This document shows, one piece after another, positions 8,545 through 15,900 of a DNA stretch of 32,000 nucleotides. This stretch comes from Nonlabens ponticola. Its GTDB lineage: Bacteria > Bacteroidota > Bacteroidia > Flavobacteriales > Flavobacteriaceae. Position 1 is the stretch's first letter; every line of letters starts with the position of its first letter. Both the position numbers and the translations under genes were made by a program. The notes under the pieces are model-generated. The model was given only the letters and a program-made list of their open reading frames with translations. It searched no databases and was not told the origin of the DNA. Location: the NCBI RefSeq assembly GCF_003966335.1, contig NZ_CP034549.1, forward strand, positions 1,830,001 to 1,862,000. Reading direction: 5' to 3'.

Positions 8545-9093
8545 TTAGTTGAGTATATCTTGTTTAAGAGTTTGATCGTGATTGCTGGGCTCGTTATAAG
8601 CTCCAAAATGTTTGATGAGTGCGCTTTCGCGAAAGCGGAATATTTCTTCTAGCTTGGGTTTTACTAGAAATGGCTGTACCATTTTACCTAGAAATCCCAG
8701 CGGTAATCTGTAATGTACCACATCTTCCATAAGCGTGCCGCCTGGAATCTCGCTCACAAAATGTTTGTGGTGCCAGGTCGCGTATGGTCCATACATCTGC
8801 TCATCGACAAAGAATTTCTTCTCCTCAACCTGTGTGATGTGTGTGACCCAATTAGTCTTGAAAAAGGGTAGTGGCTTGACGCTGTACTCAATGAGCTGGC
8901 CTGGATACATGCCGCGCTCTGTACCGTAGAGTACGGTCATTTCCATTTCTGGTGGCGTGAGCAGTTTGAGGTTGTTGGGATCTGTCAAAAACTCCCAAGC
9001 CTCGTCTAGTGAGATAGGTAGTTTTTGTTTGGTGTGTATTTGGTAGAGTTTCAAGCTGTTTTTGTTTGAACTATAAAGATATAGGCCATACAA
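8545..9093 (-). CDS. SRPBCC-superfamily (START/polyketide cyclase-like) protein
   Basis: 182 aa. The sequence LPISLDEAWEFLTDPNNLKLLTPP... and the overall length fit small ligand-binding SRPBCC proteins. Its stop lies 2 nt upstream of the SDR start. The true start may be downstream of 9093, for example a TTG at LKLYQIH. It contains one copy of the palindrome, read as RFRES. Confidence 0.6.
   Translation of the reverse strand: MYGLYLYSSNKNSLKLYQIHTKQKLPISLDEAWEFLTDPNNLKLLTPPEMEMTVLYGTERGMYPGQLIEYSVKPLPFFKTNWVTHITQVEEKKFFVDEQMYGPYATWHHKHFVSEIPGGTLMEDVVHYRLPLGFLGKMVQPFLVKPKLEEIFRFRESALIKHFGAYNEPSNHDQTLKQDILN
8622..8637. repeat. Iterated palindrome copy 3: CGCTTTCGCGAAAGCG
   Basis: Read directly. 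It lies inside the minus-strand SRPBCC CDS and is read as RFRES. Confidence 0.95.
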
Positions 9094-9119
9094 AAGGCTT
9101 GCTGTAAGATCGTGTTAAA

Positions 9120-9836
9120 TTAGAAATCGTCCTTGCGCAACTCACCGTTTGAGTAACGCTTGCCTAAGGAGAATTTGACACCAAAGGATACTATAAAATT
9201 GCTCAAATTGTACTCAACCAACTCACGAGCGACTTGTGGTTGTGAGCTAACGGCCGGTCCAAGAATATTATACTCTAGTGGCGATCCTATTGTTGTCACG
9301 TATTGTGGTGAGAAAAAAACCTGCACGCTGCGACGGAAGTAATAATTAAACCGGACTCCAGCATCAAAAATTGTAGATACAGACGTTATGCTTTGATTTT
9401 CATTTGTGTAAAAGATTTCATTATTCCCATTGAGAAAGGTTCCTCTTCTGGTATCTAGAAAACCAATACCAGTCCTGCCATAAACATCAATTTGAAATCG
9501 ATTATAAGTCTTACTACCCAAAACTCCAGCGGTAAGAGCATATAAAGTCTCATTTTTTGGGATTCCCGTGCCTGAATTTTCAAAAGCAGTCTCATTATAT
9601 AGGTGTTTTACAGCCGCCGTAAATGCAAATCGCTTGTTGAAGTAATAATCGTAACTACCTGCAATAGAGAGTCCGCTCAAGGCGATGTTGCCATAATCAC
9701 CTATAGGCAACGCGACACCTGTTTCCACCATTAAATTATATCTAGGCACTTCTCGCAAATGCACGGGAATACTGTCATTGGACTGCTGTGCGCATAGCAG
9801 GCACGGTAAAACGAGTAATAGGATCAAGTACCTCAT
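9120..9836 (-). CDS. Outer-membrane beta-barrel protein (porin/OmpA-barrel-like)
   Basis: 238 aa with a signal peptide (MRYLILLLVLPCLLCAQQ). It has alternating aromatic/Gly-rich beta-strand patterning and a terminal Phe (…RKDDF). Confidence 0.65.
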   Translation of the reverse strand: MRYLILLLVLPCLLCAQQSNDSIPVHLREVPRYNLMVETGVALPIGDYGNIALSGLSIAGSYDYYFNKRFAFTAAVKHLYNETAFENSGTGIPKNETLYALTAGVLGSKTYNRFQIDVYGRTGIGFLDTRRGTFLNGNNEIFYTNENQSITSVSTIFDAGVRFNYYFRRSVQVFFSPQYVTTIGSPLEYNILGPAVSSQPQVARELVEYNLSNFIVSFGVKFSLGKRYSNGELRKDDF

Positions 9837-9895
9837 GCGGTAAAGATAGAAAGAGACTTGGGAAAGCTTTAGGTAAGATTATGATTTTGTTTGTC

Positions 9896-9913
9896 ACGCT
9901 TTCGCGAAAGCGG
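9896..9913. repeat. Iterated palindrome copy 4: aCGCTTTCGCGAAAGCGg (the only intergenic copy)
   Basis: Read directly. It lies between the divergent OMP gene (start 9836) and csbD (start 9952). Confidence 0.95.
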
Positions 9914-9951
9914 GCTAATTTTAAACATAATAACAATTAAAAATTACTATC

Positions 9952-10140
9952 ATGAGCGATAAAGAGCTAGAAGGAAAATTTGACCAGGCAAAAGGAAAAG
10001 TGAAAGAGGAGTACGGTAAATTGACCGACAATGAGAAGAAAGAAGCCGAAGGAAAAGCGGAACAAGCCGAAGGAAAGGCCAAAGAGGCATTTGGTGAAGC
10101 AAAAAGAAAAGTGAAGAACGCATTAGGAGGCGATAGCTAG
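9952..10140 (+). CDS. csbD: CsbD-family general stress protein
   Basis: 62 aa. [51 protein letters not shown] shows the canonical CsbD repeat pattern. Confidence 0.85.
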   Translation: MSDKELEGKFDQAKGKVKEEYGKLTDNEKKEAEGKAEQAEGKAKEAFGEAKRKVKNALGGDS

Positions 10141-10141
10141 A

Positions 10142-10429
10142 ATGGAAAAGTTGACTGAAGACCAGATTGAAAAACATCTGCAAAAAGTTGAAGGTTGGGA
10201 TTATTATGATGATGCCATTCATACAACGTTCGAATTTGACAATTTCATGGACGCTTTCTCTGTAATGACGAGAATTGCGCTAGAGGCTGAAAAGATGGAA
10301 CACCATCCAGACTGGCATAATGTTTACAACACGCTTGAGATCACGCTCAACACACATGATGTAGGCGGCTTGACTGAGAAGGATTTTAAATTAGCAGCAG
10401 CCATTGAACATATAGTAGGAGACGAGTAG
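10142..10429 (+). CDS. phhB: 4a-hydroxytetrahydrobiopterin (pterin-4-alpha-carbinolamine) dehydratase
   Basis: 95 aa. It contains W...F.F.NF..AF.....IA..AE...HHPDW...YN.....L.TH, including the HHPD core. It starts 1 nt after the csbD stop. Confidence 0.85.
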   Translation: MEKLTEDQIEKHLQKVEGWDYYDDAIHTTFEFDNFMDAFSVMTRIALEAEKMEHHPDWHNVYNTLEITLNTHDVGGLTEKDFKLAAAIEHIVGDE

Positions 10430-10445
10430 TCGTCTCCAGCTATTT

Positions 10446-10481
10446 AAAAATCCCTTAATCGACAGGTTAAGGGATTTTTTG
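10446..10481 (+). terminator. Rho-independent terminator after csbD-phhB
   Basis: aatcccttaa (10449-10458) pairs with ttaagggatt (10467-10476), giving a 10-bp stem and an 8-nt loop. It is flanked by an A-tract and a T-tract. Confidence 0.85.
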
Positions 10482-10565
10482 TTTCACAAAGCTTTATATC
10501 TGTTTTAATGTAGGATTAAGAATACAATGACCTGCATTGAGGTAACTTTAAAATAAAAGAGAAAG

Positions 10566-10940
10566 ATGAAAAAAATACTGATGATTATTGCGTTTATGGG
10601 ATCCTTAAGTCTAGGCGCACAAGAGTACATCGCACCTAGTGCAGATGACGATGTGAGTAAAATGGCTAAGGAAATGGCCTTTGACTTTGATAAAAAACTC
10701 TCACTGACTGAAAAGCAGTTGTTGATGGTAGAAAAACTGAATGAAGAATTTTTACAGCGTCAAGGTTTAATTTTTGATAATGAAGAACTAACGATAGCCG
10801 AGAAGAATTATAGAATGAAAGAAATGTATGAAGAGCAGTCCCGAGAAATGGCAGATATTTTGACTAGACCGCAGTTGGCACGCTACAGGAAAATACGTGG
10901 TGAGATACAACCATTAGTAATAATAGAAGAAGAGGATTGA
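10566..10940 (+). CDS. Small secreted LTXXQ-motif protein (Spy/CpxP-like periplasmic protein), paralog 1
   Basis: 124 aa with a signal peptide (MKKILMIIAFMGSLSLGAQE). It carries two LTXXQ motifs (LSLTEKQLL and ILTRPQLARY) in a helical, charged protein. Confidence 0.6.
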   Translation: MKKILMIIAFMGSLSLGAQEYIAPSADDDVSKMAKEMAFDFDKKLSLTEKQLLMVEKLNEEFLQRQGLIFDNEELTIAEKNYRMKEMYEEQSREMADILTRPQLARYRKIRGEIQPLVIIEEED

Positions 10941-10941
10941 T

Positions 10942-10966
10942 AAAAACCGCCGCAAGGCGGTTTTTT
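10942..10966 (+). terminator. Rho-independent terminator
   Basis: aaaaaCCGCCgcaaGGCGGtttttt: a GC-rich 5-bp stem extended by A/T pairs, with a GNRA-like loop and a T-tract. Confidence 0.85.
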
Positions 10967-11047
10967 ATTTGCATTCTATTGAGAATGATTTAGTTAAGCC
11001 TTAAGATTATGTATGGTGAACTCGTTGTAGATTTAAATAAAAATGTC

Positions 11048-11413
11048 ATGAAAAATCTTACTCTACTCTTATTATTAATGGGATGCTTGCAATTGAGTGC
11101 GCAAGCATACGTTGAACCTTATGCAGATCAAGAGATCAGTCAAGAAGCAAAAAATCTTGCTCTTGAATTTGATCAGGAACTATCTTTAACTGAGAGGCAA
11201 CTCATGCTTACAGAAAGAAAAAATGAAGAATTTATTAAACGCTATCAAGAAGTTATTGACGATGATAGTATTGATGTTTCATTAAAGAACAATCTACTAA
11301 GTGATCTTTATAGAGAGCAAGGTCGAGAAATGGCTGATATTCTCACGAGACCACAATTGCTAGTTTATAGTAGGATAAGGGATGAGTTGCAACCATTGAT
11401 TGTTATCAGATAG
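11048..11413 (+). CDS. Small secreted LTXXQ-motif protein, paralog 2
   Basis: The preferred start is the ATG at 11048 (MKNLTLLLLLMGCLQLSAQA). The track's 11009 start would add 13 non-signal residues. It aligns with paralog 1 along its whole length (LSLTERQLML, REMADILTRPQLLVY, ELQPLIVI). Confidence 0.6.
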   Translation: MKNLTLLLLLMGCLQLSAQAYVEPYADQEISQEAKNLALEFDQELSLTERQLMLTERKNEEFIKRYQEVIDDDSIDVSLKNNLLSDLYREQGREMADILTRPQLLVYSRIRDELQPLIVIR

Positions 11414-11427
11414 ATAGATGAAATTAT

Positions 11428-11450
11428 AACCGCCGCGAGGCGGTTTTTTT
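11428..11450 (+). terminator. Rho-independent terminator, near-identical to the one at 10942
   Basis: aaCCGCCgcgaGGCGGttttttt. Confidence 0.85.
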
Positions 11451-11512
11451 ATGCCTTGTTGCAAACACGATGGCATAGCCTTAATTTTACTTTTTTAAAC
11501 TAGACAGATTAC

Positions 11513-12256
11513 ATGGGAAGAGCATTTGAATTCCGCAAGGCGCGCAAGATGAAACGATGGAGCGCCATGTCCAAGGCATTTACAAGAATAGGTAAGGATA
11601 TCGTTATTGCTGTAAAAGAAGGTGGTCCAGATCCTGATGCCAACGCTCGATTGAGAGCGGTCATACAAAACGCGAAATCTGTGAACATGCCTAAGGCAAA
11701 CGTGGAGCGCGCTATCAAAAAGGCAAGCGATAAGGACACGGCAAACTATGAAACGGTTCTTTTTGAAGGATATGCGCCTCATGGTATTGCAGTTCTAGTT
11801 GAAACCTCTACCGACAATAATAATAGGACTGTAGCAAATGTGCGCAGTTACTTTAATAAGTATGATGGTAGTCTGGGAACCAGTGGATCAGTTGAATTTA
11901 TGTTTGATCACAAGTGCCATTTTAGGATTCCGGCTGCAGATCACGATCTTGAGGAGCTAGAATTAGAACTTATTGATTATGGTGCAGAAGAGCTATTTCT
12001 AGACGAGAAAGATGATGATGATGATAACAGCGTCGATGGTATCATGATCTATGCAGAGTTTCAAAACTATGGTGCGTTGCAAAAAGGGTTGGAAGAAATG
12101 GGAATCGAGATTTTGAGTTCTGATTTTGAGTACATACCTACCGTGCAAAAAGAATTGACTGCCGAACAAAGAGAAGATGTGGATAAGCTGCTAGAAAAGC
12201 TTGATGAGGATGATGATGTAAATAATGTTTACACGACAATCAAAGAGGATGAGTAA
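11513..12256 (+). CDS. yebC: YebC/PmpR-family DNA-binding transcriptional regulator
   Basis: 247 aa. MGRAFEFRKARKMKRWSAMSKAFTRIGKDIVIAVKEGGPDPDANARLRAVIQNAKSVNMPK is the hallmark N-terminus of this family. Confidence 0.9.
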   Translation: MGRAFEFRKARKMKRWSAMSKAFTRIGKDIVIAVKEGGPDPDANARLRAVIQNAKSVNMPKANVERAIKKASDKDTANYETVLFEGYAPHGIAVLVETSTDNNNRTVANVRSYFNKYDGSLGTSGSVEFMFDHKCHFRIPAADHDLEELELELIDYGAEELFLDEKDDDDDNSVDGIMIYAEFQNYGALQKGLEEMGIEILSSDFEYIPTVQKELTAEQREDVDKLLEKLDEDDDVNNVYTTIKEDE

Positions 12257-12330
12257 TACTTTAATAAAACATTGCCATAGCATTGATCATCTTGACTGTA
12301 TATTTAAACTCAACCAATAAATTTTAAATC

Positions 12331-12708
12331 ATGGTAAAACAGAAATATCAAAGTGTCCTAGATCTAGGAGAAAAGCTTAACATCATAGGAGGCGACGTCA
12401 AAGTAAATGGCGATAAACTTGAGATAAGCGGCACGACAGCCAATCAGTACCAGAAGGATCAATTATGGGATGCAATCAAAGCAGCTGGTGGCGAGAATCC
12501 GTCAGATATAAGTGCAGACATTAAGGTCGCTGACAAATCAGTCTATGCGATGCATACGGTTGAAAAAGGCGAATCCTTGAGTTTGATTGCCAAAAAATAT
12601 TATGGAGACCCTATGAAATACAAAAAGATCTTTGAGGCAAATACAGACAAGCTCAAGAATCCAGATGTAATTCATCCAGGTCAAGAATTGATTATTCCCA
12701 ATAAATAG
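12331..12708 (+). CDS. BON-like + LysM peptidoglycan-binding protein (YgaU/Kbp-like)
   Basis: 125 aa. The C-terminal LysM domain reads HTVEKGESLSLIAKKYYGDPMKYKKIFEANTDKLKNPDVIHPGQELIIP. The N-terminal part (V.VNGDKLEISGT) is BON-like. Confidence 0.8.
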   Translation: MVKQKYQSVLDLGEKLNIIGGDVKVNGDKLEISGTTANQYQKDQLWDAIKAAGGENPSDISADIKVADKSVYAMHTVEKGESLSLIAKKYYGDPMKYKKIFEANTDKLKNPDVIHPGQELIIPNK

Positions 12709-12726
12709 GAAGTGTCTAAATAAATT

Positions 12727-12755
12727 AAAAACCCTGCCAATCGGCAGGGTTTTTT
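12727..12755 (+). terminator. Rho-independent terminator
   Basis: aaaaACCCTGCCaatcGGCAGGGTttttt: an 8-bp stem, a 4-nt loop and a T-tract. Confidence 0.9.
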
Positions 12756-12941
12756 GTTGACGAAATGTTGCATTATCCTGATTTTTAAGTCAATAAACTT
12801 ACCAAACTTAGTTTTTGCAAATTTCATCGATTAAAAGCAGGTGTTTAGACATTTATTTCACAAAACAGCCTCTTTAATGCATTTCATTGGGAAAATATTA
12901 CGTTTTATCGCAATTTGATATAGAATTATCATACTACCATC

Positions 12942-15900
12942 ATGATGAAAACTATACTTAAAATCAGTCGATTAGCATCAAGCATGTCATTCTACAGGGG
13001 TTTCAATGATTTCTCATTTCTTAAAAAAATTAAAACAAGTAAGAGGCAAACGATTCTAAGCTTTTCTGCCTTTTTCGCTTTTTTTGCTAGTCATGCTCAA
13101 TGTACTGTCCGCGATACAGGTAGTCAAGATGCTGCTGACGAAATTTATTTCAAAAGAGTTCAAATAGGCAGTATTGACAATGACCAAACTACAGCCACGC
13201 CATTTACAGTTATCGCACCATTTGGTTATCAGGACTACTCAGCACTATCCACTGATATTGCTAGAGGAACAACGTTATCTTTCAATTTTGAAACAGGTAG
13301 TGATTCTAGCAACCTACAGACAGCTAGCCGATTTTCCATCTACATTGACTGGAACAACGATGGGGATTTTGTCGACGCTGGCGAGATTATTTATAGGACA
13401 CAAACTCTTTTTGACACTTTTTTCTCTTTTGATTATGGCATTCCCAGCAACGCGTCCGTCGGATTAAAACGTGTTCGTGTAAAAACGGCATATGACTGGA
13501 ATGCGTCAAATCCATGTCTAGAATCTTGGGAATCTAGAGTTGAGGTTGAGGACTATAGTATCAATGTTGTAAAACCAGCTTTTGACACCACGGTATTGTC
13601 AAATGCGCTCGTGATTGATAACAATGATATAACACCAACAGGTTCAGACAATACAAACTTTGGTTCATTTGATTTGAACTCTGGAGAAGTACAAAATACA
13701 TTTACCATCTTCAACAATGGAGCTAATACAGTGGAATTAGCAAACAGTAAACCTAGCCGTATTCAATTAATAGGCGATGCTCAATTTAGGGTTGTGACTC
13801 AGCCACCGATCAAGACACTTCTTTCAGGACAATCAACCACGTTTGTTATAGGATATGATCCGACGGCAATTGAGACCAACAATGCCGTTGTTTCCATACA
13901 AACTTCTGACCCAATAAAAAATCCTTATACTTTTCATATTACCGGAGAAGGAAAACAAACATTTCCTGATACAGACGGAGATGGAGTTACTGATAACATT
14001 GATATAGATGATGACAATGATGGAATTGTAGATGCAACAGAACAATCCAGTTGTGTTTTTGTACCGAGTTCTACAGTAGTTGAAAGAGAATTTTTAAATG
14101 AAACCTTTGGTACAGGAACCACTACTGTTCGTATTAATGATAACAATCCTAATGTTACTACTACGTATTTCTTTGAAGATAATACAAACTCACAGGCGGC
14201 AGATGAAAATGACACAGACGCCAATCTTAACGATGGCGAGTACACCGTAGGACCATCGGCTCAAATTACAACTTGGGCACCTGCTTATTGGCATATGGGA
14301 AAAGATCACACGTCTGGTGATAGTAACGGTAGAATGGCGATTTTCAATGCAAGTATCGATCCAGGTGAATTCTATAAAACTAAGATTGATGGTGTAATTG
14401 CTAATGTTCCGGTAACTTACTCATTTTGGGTTTTGAATATAGATAGAGTCGATGCCCCAGGAATCGACACTAGATTGAGGCCACGTATTAGAGTCGAATT
14501 TACAGATGAATCAGGCAACGCAATAATTGACCAGGCAGATCCTGGTACATCCACGACACTCTTGACTGGAGATATCGCTCCTACCATTGTAACAACTGAA
14601 GAAGGCAGCTGGCAACAATTTACCAGAACTTTCACGCCTACGGTATCGACGTTTACTGTCACGTTTATCAATGACCAATTAGGTGGATTGGGTAATGATG
14701 TAGCCCTCGATGATATAGTAATTACCCAACAACTTTGTGACCTGGATCGAGATGGTGTTGCAGATGTTATTGATATAGATAGTGATAACGACGGCATCCC
14801 TAATGTGATAGAAATAGGTAGACCAGCAGGTTTGGTGGGCGTAGTTGATGCAGATAGAGATGGAACCACCTATAATTCTAACAATCTGGGTAGTGCAGAA
14901 TGGATTGACCTGAATGGCAATGGCATGCATGACGCGTATGAATCGCACACACCTGCAGATACTGATGGTGATGGTGTTCCTAACCATCTAGATCTCGATA
15001 GTGATAATGATGGATTACTAGATGTCCTTGAAAATGACGGTTTCGGAGATTTAGACGTGGATGCTGACGGTATGGGTGAAGGCACGGATGCCGATGATAA
15101 GGACTCTACCACAGATAGTGATGGCGATGGATTCTTGACTGGAAATAACTTTAGCGACTTTGATACAAATGACGCTGATAATGATATTTATGGATTTCTA
15201 GATCATGGTACAGGAACTTACAATCTTCCTATTGACACTGATGTTGACGGCATCCCTGATTTTCTAGATATTGACAGCAATGATCCACTCAATGACCTAT
15301 CAAATGGTAGCGATATAGATGATTCATACTATAGAAATCAGGATTTAAATAATGATGGTAAGGTTGACGGTACAGAAGATGTGGATAAGGATGGCGTTAT
15401 CGACACTACCAATGATTATGATACCGTACTCTTTGGCGCACCCATTAATTTATCAGACGACTATACCATTGACTTTGATGGACGCAACGATTACGTTCAA
15501 TCTAGCGCTCCATTATCAGCTGGTTTACAGGATTATACTTTAATGGCTTGGGTCATGCTAGATCCTAGTTATTCAGGTACACGCACCGTTTTCAATGATT
15601 CTGGAATAGAATTATCCGTTATGAATGATAGAAAAGTGAATATCGCGAGCAAACTTACGAGCAGTACGGTATTGCTCACCTCTAACACTAGCCTCGATCC
15701 TGGCAAGTGGCATCATATATCTGTCACATTTAGTGCTGGAAATGAGGTCAAAATTTTCTTGAATGGTTTAGAAGATGCTTCGAGAACAGCGACAAGTGGA
15801 TCCTTGAGAATAGACGTATCAGAACCTTTCACGATAGGTGCCAAGGCTTCTTCAGGTACAGTCAGCAAGTTCTTCGACGGTGCCATTGATGAGGTGCGTC

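Noticed and set aside
11495-11782. Minus-strand ORFs 11495..11782 and 11509..11739
   Set aside because: They lie antisense within the highly recognisable yebC N-terminus, so they are shadow ORFs.
12757-12941. Candidate Bacteroidota promoter boxes upstream of the 1677-aa gene (for example TTAGTTTTTG at about 12809)
   Set aside because: No element matches TAnnTTTG at a sensible distance from a TTTG -33 box. The evidence is too weak to annotate.
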